A DNA stretch of 64,000 bases from Antedon mediterranea (Eukaryota; Animalia; Echinodermata): the NCBI RefSeq assembly GCF_964355755.1, contig NC_092673.1:32423648-32487647 (forward strand), in the 5' to 3' direction. The translations under genes were made by a program, and so were the position numbers. Below are positions 50,501-64,000 of the stretch, in pieces. Numbering within the stretch: the first letter of the stretch is position 1; each line of letters begins with the position of its first letter. The notes beneath the pieces were generated by a model. That model saw nothing but the letters and a program-made list of their open reading frames with translations, did not search any database and was not told the origin of the DNA.

Positions 50501-53410
50501 AGTGAGACAGAGCTCTTAAAGTTAAAGATGTATTGTCCCTTGAAACACAAAAAAATGACGGTCAAAATATTCTAAATTTAAAATGGCCATATCAAAGTAA
50601 TATTAAAGTTATTCACTTTAAGTCGAAAATTTGAGGCAAAAACAACAAGTTTACGTAATTAACAGTTAAATTAATTTGATTACATTTCATCTGGAAAATC
50701 TCACGAGCGAAAGTAAACAAAGATTTCAAACCACGAGTAAGCATTATGCATGATGCTAATCAGGATTGTTTACAACTCGTTGCGGGTGAGAAGGTGTTTT
50801 CACACAGATGGTGAGGAAGTTTTATGATTATACATACAGAGTAGTCAAACAAGCGCGTTGCATTATGAATATGTTTTGATCGAAAACTTTGACTGGAAGT
50901 CAAAGTTATTTTTTGAACCAAAAAACGTCCGTATTTCGGTTAAATTATTTTTTTTTCAACTCATTTTTGGTGAAAGTTAATAACTATCATGATACTTCAA
51001 AATGACAAACTTTGTTTCGAAATATTAAACAAAATTTTTTTTTGGAATTACTCAAAGGAACAATACATCTTTAAGTATTACAGATTAGTACTATAGATGT
51101 TGTGACAGATTTTATTTCCCATTTCTGCCACAGTTACCAAATTATGAAATTGAAACTAGTTGACTGTGAATATGCCAGCCCCATATTGGTTTTTTGTGCA
51201 AATAAACTTTCCTTAGTAAAGTAGTGATCTGTTAATAATACAATAAAAATATAAAATACATTGTTACATATAATGTTATCACATGCATATTTTTTAGTAT
51301 TGCTACAGTAATATTCTATTTTCACAAACGACATTTGATAACGACACCACAGTAGTTTTAGTACCATGTTAATAAATAAATACACTGCAAACCCAGAGTT
51401 AGAACAGAATCTTGACAAGAGCTTAAACTGACTGATTCATCCAATTTCCACGGTTACCACCATGTGGTCGTCCGCTCCTGGTAGACCTGTAGGTGAATGA
51501 TGAATTAACGAATGAAGTGCTAATTTTAAATTTGATCAGCCAGCTTATTATAATGCGTTATCAACAATACGACTATTTCTACTGTCTGTATGTACAGAGT
51601 ATTGACAGTGTGCTTGATCAATAGCCCATCAAGAGCAGTTGTTCACATGAAGGCCTAATTTGCAAGCTTACGACCAATTTTAACCTTGAGTTGTTTGCAC
51701 ATGCAATTAAAATCTATTGGAAAAAGATGAAAATTAACCAAATTTCCACACACACACTTTGGGAGGAACTGAAAGATAAGAACCACAATATAATTTTACA
51801 ACCCAATAAGAAAGAAATCAAATAATATAACAAACACTACAAAACACAAACAGCAATTTATGTCATTCTAATTCATTGTACATGTCATGCAAAACCTCAT
51901 AAAAGTGCAAGGTATAGTGGGCTTACAGTGTATACCAATGAAAAGAAGGAAGTCGAGGTGCAAATTTTTCCTGTAAATTGCCTCCATATTCATGGAGAAG
52001 ATTGGGCTTACAAGCATCATCGGACAAGCATGAAAATGGTGCTAAGAAAAATTAAGTTATTGATACCGTACACCATTACACAACATAATGCAAGTTGCCA
52101 AAACTTTTCCCTGATAAATGAAGCGCTTTGGCGAGTATAAGTGAATCTTAATAACCATTTTCCCCTTCACTAATTAATTGGTGGGTAGAAAAACAATTAA
52201 CATCTTCGTACTTATGGGTGTAAAATGAATAGAAGTCGAATGGAGTTGTCCTCGATGAACATCTAGATGCGAGCTTTGGTGTGCGTGAGCGCCGTAGTTG
52301 ACTGGATTGGTTTCTAGACATTGTTTGCTCCATCCTCATTGGTCGGGCAGATGTGTGATGACTGCTGGCTGGCGATTCTTGAGGGTCTAAATCTGAGAAA
52401 TAATTATTGTAAAGGTGATAAATTTAACCCTTTCACTGCATGTACCTGCATTACACCATTTAGTCTTTCATATTTTGTTCTTAAATAAATATTACAAACA
52501 TAGGTGGGACTAATGCTACACAGTGAAAGGGTTAATATAAATCAGATTTGATATTGGTTTTAAACAACCACGTGTACTCAGACGTAACGCAAAGACGTAA
52601 GTACAATGCAAGTAATTTGACCAATCATGATGCGATGGATCATAAATCATTCATGTCACACATGTTCAAACTATGTTGCTGCTTATTTTAGTGGTCACAA
52701 ATCTTTAAACTTGGAATTATAGGAAAAGAAAAGAGTACTGGCAATTAAAATGTGTGTTTAATGGTTTAAGATTTTTGTGATGGTAAGAATGACAAACTTG
52801 TGCTTGTTCACATGATTAACTATTATTAGCATCTTCCGTGTTTATACTTACCGACGACAATTTTATCTGGTGACACGGTATTGACACTAAGAAATGGTGA
52901 TGCCTATTAAAGAAAAATATTTTAGAAACAGAAAGCAAAAACAAATTTAAATTGAAAAAACTCTTTATTTCTAGCCGACGTGATATATTGACACTACAGT
53001 TTTATATGTACTTGTCAGTACAGGTTTTAAGCACACACAGATGGGTCCACTAATCTAAAGCAGCATGATTCAATACAATTAATATAACTTTTTTTTACCT
53101 CCCAAGGTCGTCGACGCCTGGCCCTTGAACGAATAACTGTTCTGTCTTCATTCTGAAAGGTGTCTTCATTCGACTGAATATCTTGTTCTTTCACTGGAGG
53201 TCTTGGTTGTAAGACAGCTTTCCTACTGCTAGGCCTAAGGTTAGACCGATGCCCACCCGAATTCACCCGCTTCCTGGAGGGGGAAGACCTACCATTGCTG
53301 CGTTGCGATTTCTTGCGACTGGGCCTAACTGGTGATACCTCTTTCCAAGAAACTTTATTAACACTTACACCTGACCCAGAGTATGTTGGGATATCCTGAA
53401 CGGCAGCCAT
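38561..53410 (-). CDS. Large (~1600 aa) mostly low-complexity protein with C-terminal gamma-glutamylcyclotransferase (GGCT/AIG2)-like domain
   Basis: Phase-consistent exons 53410-53099, 52903-52852, 52392-52212, 51486-51433, 49566-49377, 49198-49068, 48952-48707, (48655-48530 optional), 48414-45513, 45401-45361, 42746-42690, 42304-42182, 41718-41636, 39512-39385, 39202-39079, 38664-38561. GGCT motifs YYFSYGENMN, FQIKFNK, ANI, VEGCVYLI, LDKFIGYP. Linkage of the N-terminal exons is less certain than the GGCT exons. Confidence 0.7.
38860..39022. mobile_element. Palindromic MITE in the last intron
   Basis: cacctgttc..ccggcaaatcaaatc.aacatcaat / attgatgtt.gatttgatttgccgg..gaacaggtg inverted arms. 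Confidence 0.75.
39790..41585 (+). mobile_element. 5'-truncated LINE (CR1/L2-clade-like) with uninterrupted RT frame
   Basis: Frame open from ~39775 to 41367: KATGTDEIP, NYRPISVLP, QSGFR, LDLKKAFDTV, GIPQGSILGPLLF, YADD. (tta)n tail; candidate TSD gtttatac at 39782-39789 and 41586-41593. Confidence 0.92.
47010..47250 (-). repeat. Coding 39-bp (13-aa, NNEIKDSNLVENF-like) tandem repeat, about 6 copies
   Basis: Visible in the 984-aa ORF and as recurring aattggagtc in the DNA. Confidence 0.85.
49765..49952. repeat. 15-bp minisatellite (gaacacagaactgtt)n
   Basis: Read directly from the sequence; intronic. Confidence 0.9.
50526..51070. mobile_element. Non-autonomous TTAA-TSD element (Kolobok-like)
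   Basis: ttaa|agatgtattgt ... acaatacatct|ttaa. Confidence 0.75.
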
Positions 53411-54811
53411 TGTATTTTACGGTTTGATTTTTAGATTAATATTCATTATTATATTGTCTGGAATGTTTTTTTGTCTTTTTCTAAAACCAGACACAAACAA
53501 ACTCAGGCATGACAAACTTTACTAAGCAATCAATCAACAAGTTAAAGAGAAGTGCATGCTTGAATAACGATGTCAGACGTGCTTAATATCAATACGCATT
53601 ATTATACTGTAATGATAAATTAAAATAACAAAGTAGAAATAAGGATATATATAAACAATTCTATTTAAGATTTTATAAAATTAGGTAGGCCTATAAGACA
53701 ATAGTATTTCTATTAATAAAAATTGCTAGAAAAACAACATTCACTTACGTATTGAAATCTACTTTATTTCGGTTTAAGCGGATGCTTAGTTTGTCTTGTG
53801 TTGTAAACCGGTCGGTACGGTAACTAAGTACTCTGTACTCAACGCCAAACAAATACATTTACTACAGGGGGCGCTATAACACTTTTCATATACATCATAC
53901 GCGCGCCAGTTGAATTTTTCATGATTTAAATAATAGTTATAGCCATTTCAGGTTTGTTTCAAATGAAAATTTAAATTAAAAGTTCAAGCTATTGACAAAA
54001 ATTATTCGTTTTTGGACAAATTATTATTATAAATATTGACTCTGCTGTATGGAGAATAATTTTCTCATAAGGGCTAGCGGATACTTTTAATCTTTAATAA
54101 CAAATCATCGACGACGGTGATATGATGATGATGATGATGATTACAATGCAATAACGGATCTAACACATCACAATCTCATCATCTAAATCTGACAAATATG
54201 AATAACGAATGGGTAACCAAAAAAAGACAAATGATTTACTTTAATTTGATTTATTCAAATTGAATCATTAAAATATCGATCAATAGGCATATAGGCCTAC
54301 TGTAAAATACCCAACCCTTTTCTGACGAGATGAGTTACGAAATAACAATATTATTATTGTTGCGGACAACGATTTCATAATAGTATTCAAGTATTTTCAA
54401 TATATTGTCTTAGGCCTGGTCTCAACCCATTTTGCAATCTTCTCATCGGCCCCTACACGCTCCAGCAAGGCATTAGTAGGGGATATTTATCAAGGACATT
54501 TGGCTCCACAGCTTTTACATTATCTGCAAATGTGGTGAAAAATGCGATGTCGGCCAATGTTAACTGTAATGAAAAATAAATGATCAATATTACAGTTATG
54601 AAATGGCGCTAATTACTCTAAGTTATGCGTGATTGATTTCAGAATAACGTAATGTATAGCGGTATAAATACGTAGCAAGCTGGGTACGCATTTTTATTGC
54701 TGGTAAACGGTAAATTGGTGAATGTTATGCACTTAATTGTAACAGACATTGGTATAAATAAATTAATCTAACTTATGTTGTTACTTTGTACTTGTGCGTG
54801 AGAATTATGTA

Positions 54812-55365
54812 AGTTTGTGCGCATAGAGCTGTACCTCTATGGTTTGTGCGCATAGAGATAATACCTCTATGGTTTGTGCGCATGTATGTAATATCTCTAT
54901 GGTTTGTGCGCATAGAAATAATACCGCTATGGTTTGTTCGCATAGAGATAGTACCTCTCTATGGTTTGTGCGCAAAGAGATAGTACCTCTATGGTTTGTG
55001 TGCATAGAGATAATACCTCTATGGTTTGTGCGCATAGAGATAATACCGCTATGGTTTGTTCGCATAGAGATAGTACCTCTCTATGGTTTGTTCGCATAGA
55101 GATAGTACCTCTATGGCTTGTTCGCAAAGAGATAGTACCTCTATGGTTTGTGTGCATAGAGATAATACCTCTATGGTTTGTGCGCATTGAGATAGTACCA
55201 CTATGGTTTGTTCGCATAGAGATAGTACCTCTCTATGGTTTGTTCGCATAGAGATAGTACCTCTATGGCTTGTTCGCAGAGAGATAATACCTCTATGGTT
55301 TGTGTGCATAGAGATAATCTCTATGGTTTATGCGCATTGAGATAGTACCACTATGGTTTGCGCTC
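54812..55365. repeat. 30/32-bp hairpin minisatellite with 122-bp higher-order period
   Basis: ctctatggtttgtgcgcatagagatagtac, about 18 copies. Confidence 0.95.
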
Positions 55366-55814
55366 TTTTTATCGGATCTGAGAATTAAAAAGAGGCTCTT
55401 CGTATTCCCTAAGTATCACCGAGTCATTGAGCGAATACCAGATTCTTCATAAATAAGCATCCCTATTCAATCAGATATTATGACTATAAAAGCCCCCGTG
55501 GTCCGTAGCTGCTGATATAAAAGAGACCAGTAATTCCAATTTGTTTGGAATGACAATCCAACAATGATACTGCATTATTATCCTTCCAAGAGTTTTCCAT
55601 CATAAACCCATACACACACAAAAAAAAACACAACTTACACCTTTTCCAACTAAGTAGCCATTGCCGCCATTGTTTTGTTTTAAACTCGCTTCCATGGCAT
55701 CACCGTAGATTTCAACTTTATCCAAAACGTTTTTCAATGTTTCTGCCTAAACAAAATAATTATTTATATTTGTATCTTGAAAGATGTATTACCCCAAAAA
55801 CATGATTAATGATT

Positions 55815-56032
55815 GGGTAGAGCCTAGCACCTTCGGACTAATAGTGTTAGTCAGGATCGATTGTCAGACAATCGGGCCAATGGACGATCGGGCTAATTCC
55901 AACTCGTTTTACAGAATGGGCAGAGCCTAGCCCCTTCGGACATATCATACAGATGTAAGGTGTCAGGATCGATTTTCAGACAATCGGGCCCATCGACGAT
56001 CGGGCCAATTATTCCTCCTGGGCAGAGCCTAG
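55815..56032. repeat. ~100-bp direct duplication in GST A intron 3
   Basis: agagcctagc.ccttcgga..gtcaggatcgatt.tcagacaatcgggcc.at.gacgatcgggc occurs twice. Confidence 0.7.
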
Positions 56033-58046
56033 TGTGCAAATATATATAGCAAAATAGTGTTTGTGATAGCATCAAGTTCCAGATGGTCCTCTTACCTTTG
56101 CGTCCTCCTTTGCTAACAGATACTTATAGAACAAATCCATAATATCAGTTAAAGCATTGGTTATAGTGTCAACCTGTGTGTTTTCCTTATTGTCTTTACC
56201 ATATAGATCTAAATTAGTAACATATAATGTAAGAAAAGACAAAATCATGTTATTAACCAAAACCGATGTTTAAATATTCGTAATCAATGTCGATCAATGA
56301 AAGTTGAAAATCGTTCGTTAATATTTTGTTACACTTATGACGAAAATAATCACTCATCATCAATGTCAACATTACTCCGCTGATCGTCATTATCTTCAAC
56401 AATTCCTTCACCATCAGTATAAAATGTATAATGTGATGTAGCATAAAACACATGTCTTACTAAATTCACGGGCTAAGTAATTTGCGATAGCAGCTGACAT
56501 CGATATAGATGTTCCATCAGAGAGTGTCAGGAACGGTAATACTCCGAATGGCGTACCTTATAAATAAAATAATAAATATATTGCGTCAATAATCATTGAT
56601 TAAAAAGGTGTGATGTTATCTAAGTAGTATTATAAAACGTTCTTCCTACTTTTGGACGCAACGCAATGACGTAACTGCATTTCAAGTATTTTGCTGTGTT
56701 GTATCAGTGGGAACCAAGTTTAAAACTAAAAATGCGCTCAAATTATAACCGCAGGAAAAAATGTTTTAATAGAGTAAATGTTTTGAAAAGGGAATTTCAG
56801 ACACGCTGGCCTTCTTTGTATAACTTTTTAAGTGAGTCTAATGTAAACGTTGATATTTTTTTCAATAGTTATTCTTTTTTAAATAATCGTGCTCAATAGG
56901 CTAATTTTTTACTATTTACTTATTTATTCAAGTTTGCCTCATATAGAGTATTTATTGTATCTGTTATCTGTTTCATACCTTTAACTGGCAACTTTCGTTG
57001 CTGTTGGGTTTGATGAAATAAAATAAATAAATGATATTAAAATATGTTACTTTCTAAAAAAATAATATTAGGCCTAGCTATTATGCTTTTAAAACAACCG
57101 CTTTTCTGCTATTTTTTCCGAGTGTAACAAAGACGATTCTATCGTTAGTAAAATACAAAACAGATTAAGAAAATTGTCAGTTTATTGTGATTTTTGTAAT
57201 TGTTGCCACTGAAGTGACATGGCGTTAACATCAAACGTCTGGGTCATGTAATTTTGTTTGAATTTGCTTATCCTTGCCTCCTTATATATTTCCGCCTCAC
57301 TTGTTTTTGTTACCTATGTTTAAATGTATTTCGATTCGATTGGTGGCTAAATAAAGAAAGAATGAATGAATGTTGAGATGGTTCATCTAGATAAATAATA
57401 ATGAGACGATCGTGCGATTACACTAGACCAATTTACCTTAGTAGGACTACTAGTATAATACTCTGGCATAGGCCTACGCCTATCATTTTTGTCGGAATTT
57501 ATTCTACAAGAAAAAGTAGTAAAAATGATAGTAAAATAATAAGGTAAATGTCATTGTCATAACAAAGCCTAGATTAACAAGGTCAGTGTCACCCACTACT
57601 ATTGTTTCCTTTTAGAATGTTTTTGTGGTACAAGGCTACAAACAACCATAGGAAATAATTCTTGATTCGCTGTAATCCACCAGTCAGTCATTCTTAAGAA
57701 AATTAAATAAACTCAGTATGATCACATTTAGCATAATGGGTGTAGATGAGGGTTTAGAATGGAATTTGAGGGCTAAACTTTGAAACTTGCGACACGTACA
57801 GCAGACACCCGGATAACCATGGGAGTGGTGGTCAGAAATGTATAATTTCAATTACATATAAAATTACCACTACAGTATGCTTAATAATTGAGGCCATGGA
57901 GGGCCCATAATAAATCCAGAGCAAAAAGCCTACCATACATGTCCGATTAATTGTATATCATTTTAACTTAGGCCCTATTTGCTACAAATCAGTATTTATT
58001 TTAATTGAGCAAAATTCACATTTATCATCTTGCCGACCTTAGATTA

Positions 58047-58211
<165 letters not shown>

Positions 58212-58461
58212 TCAGTTGCTAATTAACAACGGTAGTGAATGGTACAATGATTGCAACAACTGAATAGACTTGGCCAGCACAGATCTATATAGTAATCTGT
58301 GCGCGAACAATAAATGACGTAGCGTTTTGGAAGATTCCCGGATGTTATCGATTTTAATGATTATAGAATATATTAAATAAATAAGGTAACGTTACGAAAT
58401 AATATTATATTATTAAACACATAATATGACGATATTATAATAATATAATAATTCAAGGATT

Positions 58462-60591
<2,130 letters not shown>

Positions 60592-61959
60592 TTATTTAGC
60601 GGCAGTGAATTAAATAGACTGAATTGGCCAACACATTGATTTATTTATATCATTATCTTACAAATTACATATTTTTAGAAGAGGCTCGAATGTAGGTAAT
60701 AATCAATTACGTAACTCAATAAATCGGGTTAATCATTAATGTCTTGATAGGCTGCTCAGTGCAATTTACTGGCATCACTGGTGTCAATATTATATAATAG
60801 ATTTGATGGAGACTGCTCCCGGTCATTCGTTTCTCACCAGTACCCCGAACTTTCATAGCGTTATGGGTATACCCCATGTAGCTATATATAATATAACAAT
60901 ATTAATTATAGCCCCTTCTACTTTGCAGAAGGCATGACGATCTCATGTTATCTTCAACCATTATAACTAGATCAGGCACAAAATACCATTATTTAATTAC
61001 ATAAATATTTATTCAACAACATTTGAGAGGCGTCAAATGACTTCGAGCGGGCCCGGATAAATATAATAATAATTAATTATTAATCAAGTACAATGTAATT
61101 AATCGTTTTGTTTTCTGTTTACAATTTTTATTTATTTTAATGAAAATGGCGAAGTGAATAAAATAAAATTAATATTCAGCTATTCTATTTTTAAAAATAA
61201 AACACTGTGGAGTGGCGAGTTTTAAACTACAGAAAATAACATCTTTACATTAATTTGAAAACATAAATCATCATAATGTTCACTGTCAACAGTTTATTTT
61301 AAGCTTCTATTCTAAGAATCCGTTTCATATTATCAGAGAAATTTAAGTGGGAACATTTTTTGTAGAACATTGAGATACGAAATCAATAGGCCTATAGTAG
61401 TTCAGTGGAGTGCGTTGAGGCAAGTTAACTATTTCGTTGCCCAAGAGATTCATAAATGACGAGAAACACACATCACCATCAAATCGGATGCCTACTAATT
61501 CTTCTTCTCAGGCCTGGAACGATCTACAGATTGCACAAACTGGTTCCACGCGCGCAATAACTGTATACGCAATAATAAGGCGAATTATGTGGAAAATGTG
61601 TGTGAGGCAAAGAATTTAAATATTGGTTAAAAATTACATAAACAGTTAGAAAAAAATCTGTACAACGGAATAGGAAAGAAGCAGATTTATTTTACGACCA
61701 AACTATCGATCAATATACTGTACCGATCAATAAATACTGTAAAATATCAATGAAAACTGTAAAATACTATACTGATCGATAAAAGTAAAACACTATTTGT
61801 AAAATATCGATTATAGTTTACTGTAAAATATTGATCAATCAATCGGTACTATAAAATATCCAACCTTCATTTTCTGACTAAGCTAAGTTACGAAATACAA
61901 TATTATTGTTACATTATATAATATGGCGATATTATAATAATAAATTATCTTCAAGGTGT

Positions 61960-63800
61960 TTAAAATTGAGTCTTAGGCCTGGTCTCAACCCACTTTGCAA
62001 TCTTCTTATCGGTGCCTACGCGTGCCAGCAGTGCCTTCAGTAGCGGAAGGTTGTCAAGGGCCTTGTCGTCCATAGCAGCTATTTCTGAAAATGCGTTGAA
62101 AAATGCGATGTCCGCTAACGTTATCTATAAATAATAAAAAATACATTATTACCACTACTAGTCACGTTGTTTATCTGCTGTGTTGATGCTTCACTGGCCT
62201 TGAGAATTCTACAACTGCGGTACCCCACCCTTAACCTCAACCCCTCACTAAATCCCCGAGCTAGTAATTTTTAATCTTACTTAATCCATCAGCCTACATC
62301 TAATCCAATCTAATCAATATTATTACTATAAATCTTATTTGTCTATTTTACATGAAATTCGTTAATTATAGACACACGATTTTAGTGGATAATTAATTAA
62401 CAACTTACACTTTTTCCAACCAAGTAGCCTTTGCCGCCGTTGTTTTGTTTTAAATTCTCTTCTAGAGCGGCTCCATAACTTGCAATTTTAGCCGAAGCCT
62501 TTGTTTTTGCTTCAGCCTATAAAAATACAATGCAATAAAATTTAAAAAGTGCTATATTTTACTGTATACGATTGTGAAAGAAAACATATTTTGTTTTCTT
62601 TCATTTCTGTCTGTTAATTTTATAACCAGCGTCACATCAGCAATAATAGATGATTTTAACTTTGATAATCTTTGTCGACCATATATATTTTAAACCCCGT
62701 TGGAAACAAGTTATTATAACAAAATTACGGGTTATCCTGTTTCTGTTTATGTTCTGCTGTTTGTAAATTGTTTCTCGTTTTATGGCAAATAAAATAATGA
62801 AGAATGCTTTTGCCTCATAGGGAGCTGGTTCCAAAGATGGAACCTAGCTGGCCTACCCCCGGTCTCCCCTAAATGTTGAAACTTTCAATTCGTAAGAGGA
62901 AACAAGTTATTATAACAATTTTACGGGTTATCCTGTTTCGGTTCATGTTTTGCTGTTTGTAAATTGTTTCTCGTTTTATGGCAAAAAAAATAATGAAGAA
63001 TGCTTTTGCCTCATAGTGAGCTAGCTGGTTCCAAAGATGGAACCCAGCTGGTCTACCCCCGGTCTCCCCTAAATGTTGAAACTGTCAATTCGTACTTTTA
63101 GTTCAGCACTTAAGACTTCATTACAATATGTAGGGCCAATTCCCCTATTTCAAAATCCTTTATCCTATCCGTCATCGGCCCTATTTTCTTTTAAGCGTGG
63201 TTCCCACTAGAACGCAACGCAGCGACGTGTCGATGCAAAGTGCTGTATAGCGTAATCACAAGTGGGAACCGACGGCGCAATAGTGCTGCAAACATCGCAG
63301 GTTTGATTTCACGCAGGCGGGGCCAAACATAATTATTGGAAGGGAATTTGCTTACGTAGCGTAGATTGCGTTACGTTGCGTCGCTTGGGAACCAAGCTTT
63401 GGCATGCAGTTGTTTGAATTGTTAAAATCTTGTCTCCTAATCGGAGACCAAGGTTCGAACCCCATCGATGTCGTTATATATTATGTGGTTAAATATAATA
63501 TTGAGAGGTTATTTAGAGGGTAAAGTTAATATTTAGGTGTTGGACAGTGGCATACGTGTGCTGTGGATGGCCTGTTAAAGTCACTTGACATGAAACAGTG
63601 CCGCAGTTTCATGTTGTTAAATATGATACCGTACTGGTTCTTGTAGTGGTATTAATACATTTAATGTTGTCGACAAATGCCTACCTTAGGACCTTCTTCT
63701 TTTGTAAAGATAAACTTGTACACCAAATCCATAATTTCACTCAGGGCATTAGTCACGGTGTCAACCTGTGCGTTTTCCTTATTGCCTTTCCCATATAGAT
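61960..63800 (-). CDS. Sigma-class-like glutathione S-transferase C (last three exons; 5' exons outside the window)
   Basis: Exons 63800-63685, 62516-62409, 62124-61960; paralogous to GST B. Confidence 0.88.
62702..63094. repeat. Recent ~196-bp tandem duplication in a GST C intron
   Basis: ggaaacaagttattataacaa ... aaatgttgaaact.tcaattcgta twice, nearly identical. Confidence 0.9.
63192..63400. mobile_element. MITE related to family C
   Basis: aagcgtggttcccactagaacg ... tgggaaccaagctt. Confidence 0.75.
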
Positions 63801-64000
63801 CTAAAATGAATAAAGCAAGTACTGATAATACAAAAGAGATGGTATATTGGAGGTTATAGAGGAGAACGTTCTTTAAAGATGTACTCTCAAAACATGAACA
63901 ATGAAGATTCATTAAATCATACTTTGAATAGGTTAATTTGTAGTTTAAACAAAGGTCATCACTTCCGTAGAAAAAAAAAACCCCAAAATAATGTTTTCAC

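Noticed and set aside
54805-55309. ORFs with MRTNHRGIIS or CAQTIEVLSL repeats
   Set aside because: Products of the intronic minisatellite.

Overview
AT-rich, intron-containing animal genomic DNA, not prokaryotic. An invertebrate deuterostome such as an echinoderm is my inference from gene content and repeat style. Left to right: a ~3.5 kb satellite built from two alternating palindromic modules; two intronless-CDS sulfotransferase-like paralogs sharing a gene-conversion tract; a complete 7-exon PQBP1 (minus); three tandem 4-exon secreted Spaetzle-type cystine-knot genes plus a relic of a fourth; a ~1600-aa minus-strand gene with a 2.9 kb acidic exon and a C-terminal gamma-glutamylcyclotransferase-like domain lacking the catalytic Glu; and a minus-strand cluster of three sigma-like GSTs (one frameshifted, one running off the window). 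Intron 3 of the first Spaetzle gene holds a triple nest: MITE > 5.3 kb Sola-type transposon with an otherwise intact 5-exon transposase > 691-bp TAA-TSD MITE. The inner MITE sits inside a GT...AG 9-mer and could be spliced out in frame. Also present are a 5'-truncated LINE, a tRNA-derived SINE, and many MITEs and HINEs. All gene models were assembled by hand from splice signals and phase; no database searches were run.
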